Shown here: positions 29,734-37,892 of the stretch, in pieces
Layout of the letters: every line of letters starts with the position of its first letter
Numbering within the stretch: position 1 is the first letter of the stretch
Source of the DNA: Myxococcota bacterium
GTDB taxonomy: Bacteria; Myxococcota_A; Polyangia; Nannocystales; Nannocystaceae
Direction of reading: 5' to 3'
Length of the DNA stretch: 64,000 nt
Assembly: GCA_039028615.1 (NCBI GenBank)
Contig: JBCCHT010000043.1
Span: 1-64,000, forward strand
Notes under the pieces: model-generated
Told to the model about the DNA's origin: nothing
Seen by the model: the letters and a program-made list of their open reading frames with translations, nothing else
The model's database searches: none
Program-made: the position numbers and the translations under genes

Positions 29734-29929
29734 AGAGGGGAGCGAGGCAGTGCGCATGAGTTCGTCGTGGGTCGTGATGCGTTGAAGTCGTAGAGTCATC
29801 GTTCGTTCTCTCGGGTGGTGCCGGGCCAACGAGGTGCCGGCCGGCGAACACGGAGCCATGACCCGTGAAGAGCCCCTTACGGGTGCTCGACCATCAATGA
29901 AATGACCAATGGAGTTGCACCCGAAACGC

Positions 29930-30007
29930 TCAACACGTGCCGAACATGAAGCCCATGCCGAACATTCGCTCGGTGTTCATGGGGGTCGTCGTCGTGAAGC
30001 GTTCCAT
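29930..30007 (-). CDS. Putative Met/Phe-rich leader peptide MERFTTTTPMNTERMFGMGFMFGTC
   Basis: Manual translation; AAGG RBS; 5 ATG and 4 TTC codons in 25; lies between the promoter and tRNA-Met/tRNA-Phe. Confidence 0.6.
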   Translation of the reverse strand: MERFTTTTPMNTERMFGMGFMFGTC

Positions 30008-30049
30008 GATGCAACCTTGGTTGCCCGTCGGTTCGACGGAGGTTCATTT

Positions 30050-30078
30050 TGTTTACGGCGCAGATCCGAGGTGGTCAA
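30050..30078 (-). promoter_or_regulatory. Sigma70-like promoter of the Met/Phe tRNA unit
   Basis: TTGACC-17 nt-TAAACA. Confidence 0.5.
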
Positions 30079-30217
30079 GCGATGAAATCGAAGAAAGTTT
30101 CGCCCACTCTGTCGCACCGCGGGACTCGAGCATTGACCCTTCGCACCACGCCAACTCAGCGAAGCCCGTCGACCGACGCAAAGCCACACCCCTTCCATCG
30201 TCGTCACGACACAGTCG

Positions 30218-30377
30218 CGACTCGACGCCCCTCGCCATCACGGCCAAACCACGACACGGCGCCCCTGGTCGTGACGATGAGGCTGCGACTCGACGGCCCC
30301 GCCGTGATGACGAACGCGGGACTCGACGGCCCTCGCTCCACGACCAGGCCACGCGACGCGACGGCCGGCGCGGCCAC
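30218..30377. repeat. Degenerate tandem repeat of about 34 bp, 4-5 units
   Basis: Units begin cgactcgacgccc, cgacacggcgccc, cgactcgacggcc, ggactcgacggcc and cgacgcgacggcc at 33-35 bp spacing. Confidence 0.45.
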
Positions 30378-30453
30378 TCCTTCGCTCGAGCGATGTGCTC
30401 GGTCCCCTCACGAGGACCGCTCGCGCTTTGTCCTTGAAGTCCTCCAATCGTGC

Positions 30454-30485
30454 ATTATTATGAGTGGGCGGTCACCCACAATAAT
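30454..30485. promoter_or_regulatory. Imperfect inverted repeat, probable TetR operator
   Basis: ATTATTATGAGTG-ggcggt-CACCCACAATAAT (11/13 match) just before the hydrolase-TetR operon. Confidence 0.6.
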
Positions 30486-30488
30486 CCA

Positions 30489-31349
30489 ATGGCGAAAATC
30501 AGCAGTCAATTCATCGAGGTAGAGGGCCTACGGCTCCATTGCCTGGTCGCTGGCGAGGCACTCGGGGATCCCGTCCTCCTCCTGCACGGGTGGCCCACCA
30601 ACGCTCAGCTGTGGCGGCACGTGCTCGCGCAGCTGGGTGAGCACCGCCGAGTCATCGCCCTCGATCTGCCCGGCTACGGCCTCTCCGACAAGCCGACCGA
30701 CGTCCGCTACTCGTTCCGGTTCTTCCAGAAGATCATCGACGGCACCCTCGACGCACTGCAGATCGACGAGCTGAGCCTTGGTGTGCACGACGCGGGCGGA
30801 CCCATCGGCATGTACTGGGCGGCCCACAACCAGCCGCGGGTCAGGTCGCTGGCGCTGCTCAACACGCTGGTCTTTCCCGAGATGTCCTGGGCGGTCAAGG
30901 CGTTCTTCCTCGCCCTTCGAACGCCCGGTCTGTCGCGCTTCATGACCAGTCCCCGCGGCATCGCCACCGCCATTCGTCTCGGCGTGGTCAACCGCGACAA
31001 GATCGACACCGAGGTGGCCGCCCTGTACCAAGCGCCCTACCGCGATCGCGAGTCTCGGGCGGCGCTCCTGCACGCAGCCAAGGGCCTCAGCCTCCGCGGC
31101 TTCCACACCATCGCCAAGGCCATCCCCGAGCTGAAGATCCCCGTGCGCATCATCTACGGCGAGATCGACCGCGCCCTCCCCGACGTCGCCAAGACCATGG
31201 CTCGGGTGCAGACGCTCGTGCCCCACGCCGAGCTCACCTCCTTGCCCAACATCGGCCACTTTCTGCAAGAAGACGCCCCCGAAGAGGTCGCGGCGCTGGT
31301 CACCGAGTTTTTCGCTCGCTCCGAGACTCGGGTGCGCCAGTCGGCGTAG
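30489..31349 (+). CDS. Alpha/beta hydrolase (haloalkane dehalogenase/epoxide hydrolase-like)
   Basis: LLHGWP, DLPGYGLSDKP, HDAGG nucleophile elbow and GHFLQED. Confidence 0.93.
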   Translation: MAKISSQFIEVEGLRLHCLVAGEALGDPVLLLHGWPTNAQLWRHVLAQLGEHRRVIALDLPGYGLSDKPTDVRYSFRFFQKIIDGTLDALQIDELSLGVHDAGGPIGMYWAAHNQPRVRSLALLNTLVFPEMSWAVKAFFLALRTPGLSRFMTSPRGIATAIRLGVVNRDKIDTEVAALYQAPYRDRESRAALLHAAKGLSLRGFHTIAKAIPELKIPVRIIYGEIDRALPDVAKTMARVQTLVPHAELTSLPNIGHFLQEDAPEEVAALVTEFFARSETRVRQSA

Positions 31350-31361
31350 GCTCCAATCGTC

Positions 31362-31961
31362 GTGCCGCGCATCTCGAAGGAAGAACGCAAGCTCGTACGG
31401 GCGCGCCTGCTCGACAGCGCCGCCCGGCACTTCGCCGAGCACGGCCTCGCCGGGGCCAACATCAACCGCATCTCGCTCGACGCCGGCTACGCCAAGGGCA
31501 CCATCTACAACTACTTCGCCTCGAAGGAAGAGCTGTTCGCCACGATCTTGCGCTCGGGCAGCGACGTCACCGTGCTGCGCTATCGCGAGCGCCAGGTCGA
31601 GGGCGACCTGCGAGTTCACCTGCTCGCGCTCGCCGAAGAGGACGTCGCCCTGGTCCAAAAGCACGAGCCCTTCATGCAGGTCATCGTGCGCGAGCTGCTG
31701 AGCACCCGACCCGCGACCCGCGAGCATCTCGATGCCGGGCTGCGTCCGCTGATGGAGGTCATCGTCGGGCTCATCGACGGTGCACGCCAGCGGGGGGAGC
31801 TGCGCACCGACCTCGAGACCCCGCAGCTGGCCACCCTGTTCGTGGGCCAAATGACGATGCTCTACGCCGAGCACTGGCGCAGCGACGGCGTCTGGCCCAC
31901 CTGGGAACAACTCCCGCAGCTGCTGGTCACCGTGTTCTTCGAAGGCATGAAGCCCCGCTGA
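31362..31961 (+). CDS. TetR/AcrR family transcriptional regulator
   Basis: FAEHG..INRISLDAGYAKGTIYNYFASKEELF. Confidence 0.95.
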   Translation: MPRISKEERKLVRARLLDSAARHFAEHGLAGANINRISLDAGYAKGTIYNYFASKEELFATILRSGSDVTVLRYRERQVEGDLRVHLLALAEEDVALVQKHEPFMQVIVRELLSTRPATREHLDAGLRPLMEVIVGLIDGARQRGELRTDLETPQLATLFVGQMTMLYAEHWRSDGVWPTWEQLPQLLVTVFFEGMKPR

Positions 31962-32020
31962 ACGCGGGCCCTGCCGCTGTCCGCCCGATTGGTCTATACG
32001 GGAGGCAGGATCCGCCGTTC

Positions 32021-33115
32021 ATGGAGCTGTCGACCGCCCACGGGCCCCTGCCCGCCCCTTGCTACATCCCCGACGCGACCCGCGGGTTCGTGCGCTCCGT
32101 CGACGCCAGCGACCTCGAGGCGGTGGGCATCCCCGCGTTGATGATCAACGCGTACCACCTCATGACGCGGCCCGGCATTCGGGTAGTGCAACGGCTGGGT
32201 GGGCTGCATCGCTTCGCGGGATGGTCGGGGCCGATCGTCACCGACTCGGGCGGCTTTCAGGTGTTCTCGCTGATCCGGCAGAACCCCAAGCACGGACAGA
32301 TTCGCGACAACGAGATCGTCTTCCGCCCTCCCGACGGCAAGGACAAGCTCATCCTCACCCCCGAGAAGGTCGTGCAGACCCAGTTCCGGCTGGGCGCCGA
32401 CGTGATGGTCGCCCTCGACGACTGCACCGGACCCGAAGCGCCTGCCGACGAGCAGCGCCGGGCCGTCGATCGCACCGTGGCCTGGGCCCGACGCGCGCTC
32501 GTGGAGTTCAATCGTCAGCTTGCCCAGCGTCGCAGCAAAGACATTCCCCCGACCCTGGTCGCCCCGATTCAAGGCGGCAACGATCCCGCGCTACGACGAG
32601 ACTGCGCCAACGCCCTGCTCGATGCCGGCCTCACCACCTTTGGCTTCGGCGGCTGGCCCCTCGACGAGCACGGTGCGCTGCAGCTCGACATGTTCCAGGT
32701 GCTGCACGAGCTGCTGCCCATGACCACGCCTCTGTTCGCGCTGGGCGTGGGCAAGCCCGAGCACCTCACCGCCATCACGGCGCTGGGTCGACCCGCCGTG
32801 TTCGACAGCAGCCTGCCCACCCGCGATGCTCGACACCATCGCCTCTACCGCTTCCGCGACGCGCTGCCCGAGGGGCCGCTGACCTCGGGCCGAGACTTCT
32901 TCGAACGGCTGTACATCCTCGACAAGAAGCACGCGACCGCCGACGAGCCGATCTCGCCGCATTGCGATGCGTTGTGTTGTCGCCGCTATAGCCGGGGTTA
33001 TCTGCACCACCTGTTCAAGTGCGAAGACCCTCTGGCCAAGCGCCTGGCGACGCTGCACAACCTGCGCTTTTACACGCAGCTGGCGGCCCATCTGCAAGAG
33101 CACGGCGCTCGCTGA
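32021..33115 (+). CDS. tgt: tRNA-guanine transglycosylase family protein (divergent)
   Basis: NAYHL..RPG, TDSGGFQ, LDDC, IQGG, GVG, FDSSLPTRDARH and HNL. Confidence 0.9.
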   Translation: MELSTAHGPLPAPCYIPDATRGFVRSVDASDLEAVGIPALMINAYHLMTRPGIRVVQRLGGLHRFAGWSGPIVTDSGGFQVFSLIRQNPKHGQIRDNEIVFRPPDGKDKLILTPEKVVQTQFRLGADVMVALDDCTGPEAPADEQRRAVDRTVAWARRALVEFNRQLAQRRSKDIPPTLVAPIQGGNDPALRRDCANALLDAGLTTFGFGGWPLDEHGALQLDMFQVLHELLPMTTPLFALGVGKPEHLTAITALGRPAVFDSSLPTRDARHHRLYRFRDALPEGPLTSGRDFFERLYILDKKHATADEPISPHCDALCCRRYSRGYLHHLFKCEDPLAKRLATLHNLRFYTQLAAHLQEHGAR

Positions 33116-33390
33116 AGCCCGGTCGTCGCCGCGCCTACGACTCGCCCCCGGAGTCACCGGCCGCGAGTCGGTTGAAGCCGTGGCCCTTCACAATGGGGAC
33201 GACGCGGGTCACCGCGAGCCCATCGGTCGCACCAATTGCGAACCGACGCGGCCAACTCGTCCACCGTGTTCGACTGCACTGTACCACTGACTGTCAGAAC
33301 CGCAACGAGGAAGTCTATGCCGCCAGATAGCCCTTGCGCCACGAATTCGGCCGGTCATACTCGCCAACCGTGGTTGAGGTGGAACACCCA

Positions 33391-33897
33391 ATGGAGGTGC
33401 CGGACTCCGTGTCTCGGCAATTGTCGGACGACGAGCAAGCCCGGCTGATGACCTGGTGGATGACCCTGGACGCCGACGAGCGACGTGCACTCGTCGGGTC
33501 GTGGGCCGCCGACGCTCCGTCGCGACCCGAGCTCGACGACGAGCTGATGCTCTTGCTGGAGCCGCGCTTCATCGACCCGAGCAACCGCGAGCACCAGCGG
33601 AACCTCGAGGAGAACTACGAAGCCTACGTGCAGCGACTCGAGTACATCCGCTCGCATCCCGAGTACAAATGGTCGCTCGAGGTTCGCAATTTTCACATCT
33701 GTCGAGCCCACCGCCGAGCCCGAGCGGCGGTCGAGACGGGCCGGCTGCGCGCCGACTTCGAGTGTCCTCTCGCTCGCGATTCGTGTCCCATGCGGAGGCT
33801 GCTCGACCTGCGACCGGGTCATGATGTCGAGCTCGCGATCGTGGGCCTGCGGTCTGGCCGAGCGCTCCCTTCGAGCCATGACCGACCTTCGATGTGA
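33391..33897 (+). CDS. Hypothetical protein with possible metal-binding C/H motif
   Basis: FHICRAH...FECP..CPM; start uncertain. Confidence 0.65.
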   Translation: MEVPDSVSRQLSDDEQARLMTWWMTLDADERRALVGSWAADAPSRPELDDELMLLLEPRFIDPSNREHQRNLEENYEAYVQRLEYIRSHPEYKWSLEVRNFHICRAHRRARAAVETGRLRADFECPLARDSCPMRRLLDLRPGHDVELAIVGLRSGRALPSSHDRPSM

Positions 33898-34195
33898 AGG
33901 CGGTTGCCTACGTGGTGCGGTGCGTTTCGCAGTCACGCTGCCCAGCAAGTGGTGTGCCCACTGCCGCCGCCACCTCTGCCGAAAGGTCCACGGTGCGGCG
34001 TACGTCACAGGGCTCGGCAAGGGCGAGGACTGCTTCGAGTTCACGAAGGGTGAAGACGGTCGTCCGCGTTCACCTCCTCCGCGCAGGCGTAGCGCGGTTG
34101 ATGTCGGCATTGCGGCAGTAGGAGGCATGGCGCGTCGGCGGAAGGAATCGTTCGGTTTCCCCAGTTCGGAGGAACTCCCGGTACCGAGCCGTTGA
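33878..34195 (+). pseudogene. Degenerate GFA (CENP-V) family gene
   Basis: EGGCLRGAVRF and AHCRRHLCRKVHGA resemble GxCxCG / CHCxxCR with Cys losses; similarity ends after about 60 aa. Confidence 0.6.
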
Positions 34196-34303
34196 AGTAA
34201 GCGGCCTCGTTGATCCGCATCACACCGCGAGTCCATCACGAGCGCTCGAGCGAGTTCCCGACGGCGAGGCGTGGGTGTTTGTCGTTAGGCTTCGCGTGGG
34301 CGC

Positions 34304-35797
34304 ATGACTACGCATCACCCGAATAACCCCCCCACCCCGCGACCCGGTGTCAGCGGACTCTCCTTGTATGTACCTCGACCTCGCGTCTCGCTCGATCAGT
34401 GGTGCGAGTGGACCGGAGCACCCGCCGACAAAGTGCAGGCCGTCGTCGGCCGCAGCTTTCGCATGTGCTCGCCAGCCGAGAACGTCTACACCATGGCCGC
34501 CTCGGCGGCTCTTCGTCTGATCGACGCCTACGACATCGATCCACGACGCATCGGCATGCTGGCTCTCGGTACCGAGTCGAGCACCGACAACGCGGCCGGA
34601 GCCGTCATCGTCAAAGGCATGCTGGACCGAGCCCTGCGCGAGCAAGGTCGACCCGCCATCTCGCGCACCTGCGAAGTACCCGAGGTCAAGCACGCCTGCC
34701 TCGGCGGCATGTATGCCCTCAAGAGCGCGCTGCGTTATGCCAGCTGCGACGCCGACGATCGCGTCGCCCTCGTGCTCGCAGCCGACGTCGCCGAGTATGC
34801 GCGCGGGAGCACGGGCGAGCAGACCCAAGGCGCGGGCGCGGTGGCCATGCTCGTCGAGCGCGAGGCCAAGCTCTTCACCGTCGACCTCAGCCGCACGGGC
34901 AGCGCTGCCGCCTACCGGGGGGCGGACTTCCGCAAGCCGATGGCGCGCCACTTCATGGCCGAGTACGAAGCCGGCACCCGACGCCTGCACGACTTCCCCG
35001 TCTTCAACGGCAAGTACTCCACCCTGTGCTACCTCGACGAAGTCATCGCCGCGCTCGAGGACATGTTCAGCCGCGGTGACCAAGATCCCGAGGAGTTCTA
35101 CGGCCAGCTCGCCGCCGTCTTCCTGCATCGGCCCTATCACTACTTGCCCATTCAGGCGATGGCGCATGCCCTGGTCTGGAGCCTCGGAAAATCCGACGCG
35201 CAGGCCGCACGCTTCGACGCCCTCTGTTCGGAGGCCGGCGTGGACGCGTCGATCGCCCGGACCCAGATCCGCGCCGAGGTCGACCTCGTCCAGGAAGCCG
35301 AGGCCCACGGCCCCGACGCCGACCCCTTCGCCGCCGCCCAGCAGGTCGCCAAGCACTACGGCCGCAGCAAGGACTTCAAGCGCTTCGTCTCCGAGCACAT
35401 GAACCTCGGCACCGAGCGGGTCAAGTCGCTCGGCAACCTCTACACCGGCTCGTTGCCGGCTTGGCTCGCGGGCGCATTCGCGGACGCCCACGCCTCCGAC
35501 CTCTCGCTCGCCGGACGCCGCATGCTCGCGGTCGGCTACGGCAGTGGTGACGCAGCCGAAGCCTGGCCCATCGAAGTCTGCCCCGACTGGAAGGATGCCG
35601 CCGCCCGGATCGGCTTCGACGAGGCCCTCGCCGAAGCCATCGACCTCGACCGCGCCAGCTATGAGGCCCTCCACGACGGCCAAGAGCTCCCCACCCCGCT
35701 CGAGCGACCGTGGGGCTTTTCCATCGCCGACGTCGGCCGCCAGTGCGAGCCGCAGTGGCAAGACATCGGTATCGAGTACTACCGCTGGGCCGGCTGA
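34304..35797 (+). CDS. mvaS: Hydroxymethylglutaryl-CoA synthase family protein
   Basis: GTES, KHACLGG catalytic Cys, GEQTQGAGAVA, HRPY, GNLYTGS and GYGSG. Confidence 0.9.
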   Translation: MTTHHPNNPPTPRPGVSGLSLYVPRPRVSLDQWCEWTGAPADKVQAVVGRSFRMCSPAENVYTMAASAALRLIDAYDIDPRRIGMLALGTESSTDNAAGAVIVKGMLDRALREQGRPAISRTCEVPEVKHACLGGMYALKSALRYASCDADDRVALVLAADVAEYARGSTGEQTQGAGAVAMLVEREAKLFTVDLSRTGSAAAYRGADFRKPMARHFMAEYEAGTRRLHDFPVFNGKYSTLCYLDEVIAALEDMFSRGDQDPEEFYGQLAAVFLHRPYHYLPIQAMAHALVWSLGKSDAQAARFDALCSEAGVDASIARTQIRAEVDLVQEAEAHGPDADPFAAAQQVAKHYGRSKDFKRFVSEHMNLGTERVKSLGNLYTGSLPAWLAGAFADAHASDLSLAGRRMLAVGYGSGDAAEAWPIEVCPDWKDAAARIGFDEALAEAIDLDRASYEALHDGQELPTPLERPWGFSIADVGRQCEPQWQDIGIEYYRWAG

Positions 35798-35817
35798 CCT
35801 TCACGGTCGCTCCAACC

Positions 35818-35856
35818 AAAAGAGGCGGCCAGGGCTCGTAGGGAACCCTGGCCGCC
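35818..35856. terminator. Intrinsic terminator between convergent genes
   Basis: GGCGGCCAGGG...CCCTGGCCGCC, followed by TCTTTT on the minus strand. Confidence 0.65.
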
Positions 35857-35962
35857 CGGTCGACCGCTCACCCTGCCACGCCGAGTTGTGGACAGCGACG
35901 AGGTCGTGCGGCACGGGGGTTGTGCCGCACGGGGGCGAGTCGGTGGACGCAAAAACCCTGCG

Positions 35963-37420
35963 CTAGGGGACTTCGTCGATGCCGGGGTAGCCGGGGGCCT
36001 CCTGCGGGCGGGGATCGCCGTCGACGTCGAAGAGCGGATCGCCCTCGTCCCAGTCGGCGATGTCGGCGAAGACGCTCTGGCCCTCCGCGCTGAGGTGGAA
36101 GTCGCCCGCGGGGGCGTCGACGAACCAATCCGAGTCGAAGATGCCGACGGACTGACCTGCGCCCAGGCCCCCGTCGACGGCGTTGTCGGCGAAGGTGAGC
36201 GAGCACCAGGAGCTGAACGAACCCGGGTAGGCGCCGACGATGATGCTGTTGCGGATCTCTCCGCCCCCGCTGCTGCCGTCACAGCTCACGGTGTTGTGAT
36301 TGCCCGCGATGGTGGAGTGGTACAGCCGCAGCTCACCGCTCTCGATGGAGACGGCGGTGTCGGAGCCAGGGCCGATGCTGCTGTTGGTGGCCTGGAACAT
36401 ACCGTCACCGATGATGCGGATGGCGACGCTCTCCGGCTCGGCGGCGGTGAAGCGGCTACGCCGGGCGTAGGTGTCGCAATCGGTGTCGATCGAGGTGGAG
36501 TAGCCGTTGATGGTGATGTCGTCCATCCACAGCAGGTTTCCGTGGCGACACTGGATGGCGCGGAAGGGGCCGTCGTCGAGGGCGACCTCGGACAGGTAGA
36601 GAATGCGCTGGGTGTCCTCGCTGGTGAGGACGAACAGATTGGTGGCGCCGCCCGTGATGACGGTGCCCGGCTGCCCGATCACCGCGACTTCACCCGCGAC
36701 CTGCAGCGTTCCGTTGATTTCGTAGACCCCCGACGCGAGGCGGATGACCCGCTGCGAGCCGATGCCCAGCTCGCTCAGCGCGGTCTCGAGCTCGTCGGCG
36801 GTGGAGGCATCGACGACGTCGCCGGGGTCGAAGCAGGAGCCCTGCTCGGGGCCCAGCAAGTGGCAGGCGGAGTCGGGACAGTCGGAATGCTCGGTGCACG
36901 CGGCACAGCCGAGACCGGGATCGCAGACCGGAGTGTCGCCCGAGCAGCTGTCGGCCACACAGGCGACACACTGACCTTCGGCACCGCACAGGGGCGCGAG
37001 CGGGTCGTCGTCGGCACACAGCTGGTCGGGCGCGTCGGCGTCGGAGCAAGGACCGCAGGCACCCTCGATGCAGAAGGCTCCGGCGTCGCAGTCGGCGTGG
37101 CCCTCACACTCGGGGGCGGGACCATCGTCGGTGTCGCCGGGCTCGGGGCCATCGGTGTTCCCGTCGGCCCCATCGGCGGAAGGTTGGTCGGTGTCGACCC
37201 CCGGTTCGGGGGTGCCGTCGGTGTCGATGGCGCTCGTGTCGGGGCTGGCGGCCGAGGTGGATCCCTCACCGTCGTCGCTGTCGAGCGGCGACATCTCGGG
37301 GTTGAAGCACGCGGTGGCACCGAGCAAGGCGAGCAACCCGACCGCGGACGACACGGCACCCCGCGAGCGACGAACGGGGAAACAAACAGTGTTATCGGGC
37401 GAACTATTGATGTCGAACAT
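35963..37420 (-). CDS. Cys-rich lipoprotein with probable beta-helix C-terminal domain
   Basis: Lipobox ATAC; acidic linker; Cys repeats; STIAGN/NSII and GDFHL..PGIDE motifs; start may be downstream. Confidence 0.8.
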   Translation of the reverse strand: MFDINSSPDNTVCFPVRRSRGAVSSAVGLLALLGATACFNPEMSPLDSDDGEGSTSAASPDTSAIDTDGTPEPGVDTDQPSADGADGNTDGPEPGDTDDGPAPECEGHADCDAGAFCIEGACGPCSDADAPDQLCADDDPLAPLCGAEGQCVACVADSCSGDTPVCDPGLGCAACTEHSDCPDSACHLLGPEQGSCFDPGDVVDASTADELETALSELGIGSQRVIRLASGVYEINGTLQVAGEVAVIGQPGTVITGGATNLFVLTSEDTQRILYLSEVALDDGPFRAIQCRHGNLLWMDDITINGYSTSIDTDCDTYARRSRFTAAEPESVAIRIIGDGMFQATNSSIGPGSDTAVSIESGELRLYHSTIAGNHNTVSCDGSSGGGEIRNSIIVGAYPGSFSSWCSLTFADNAVDGGLGAGQSVGIFDSDWFVDAPAGDFHLSAEGQSVFADIADWDEGDPLFDVDGDPRPQEAPGYPGIDEVP

Positions 37421-37443
37421 TCGAAGGGTCCTGAGCGAGAAAG

Positions 37444-37520
37444 TGGTACCTGGGGAGGGATTCGAACCCCCAACCTCCCGGGTCTGAGCCGGTCGCCTCT
37501 ACCAATTGGGCTACCCAGGC
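37444..37520 (-). tRNA. tRNA-Leu(CAG), atypical: short variable loop, A37, G1.U72; CCA encoded
   Basis: GCCTGGG TA GCC CAATTGGTAGA GGC G ACCGG CTCAGAC CCGGG AGGTT GGGGG TTCGAAT CCCTC CCCAGGT A CCA. Confidence 0.87.
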
Positions 37521-37565
37521 ATAGGCGTTCCCATCGGGGAACGTGGACGACTTTTTTTCTGCCAG

Positions 37566-37639
37566 CGCGGCGTCGAGGATTCGAACCTCGGGCCTCCCGA
37601 TTCGTAGTCGGGTGCTCTATCCAGCTGAGCTAACGCCGC
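37566..37639 (-). tRNA. tRNA-Arg(ACG)
   Basis: GCGGCGT TA GCTC AGCTGGATA GAGC A CCCGA CTACGAA TCGGG AGGCC CGAGG TTCGAAT CCTCG ACGCCGC G. Confidence 0.95.
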
Positions 37640-37771
37640 ATGTCGTCACGGCGTGCGCACGCACGAACCGCGACCACGCGTCATCACCCGGCGAGCCTCG
37701 CAGGACCTACGAGACCACCGTTGGCAGAGCAACGTCGTCTTGGTTTTGGACTGACTCGCCCAACTGGCGAG

Positions 37772-37885
37772 TTACGCGACGCGAAGAAGGCGTCGACCAC
37801 CCACGCGCAGGCGCAAGCGCAGCCGACCGCCCAGCGTACGCTGGCTGTCTCGCCGCAAGCTCCGTGCCTGAACCTTCGTGGTCAT
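37772..37885 (-). CDS. Putative Arg/Leu-rich leader peptide MTTKVQARSLRRDSQRTLGGRLRLRLRVGGRRLLRVA
   Basis: Manual translation; 11 Arg and 7 Leu in 37 aa; hairpin 37754-37772 at the stop; upstream of tRNA-Arg/tRNA-Leu. In-frame ATGs also at 37906 and 37915. Confidence 0.55.
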   Translation of the reverse strand: MTTKVQARSLRRDSQRTLGGRLRLRLRVGGRRLLRVA

Positions 37886-37892
37886 GGTCTGC

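Noticed and set aside
29877..30047. His-rich ORF (MNLRRTDGQPRLHHGTLH...) overlapping the Met/Phe leader
   Set aside because: Many of its His codons are the ATG codons read in a shifted frame (cAT-G), and there is no His-related gene or tRNA downstream. Not fully excluded, because its ATG lies near the predicted transcription start.
29734..37443. Possible tRNA-anchored integrative element between the tRNA pairs
   Set aside because: No integrase or transposase, and no duplicated tRNA 3' end (att site) was seen.
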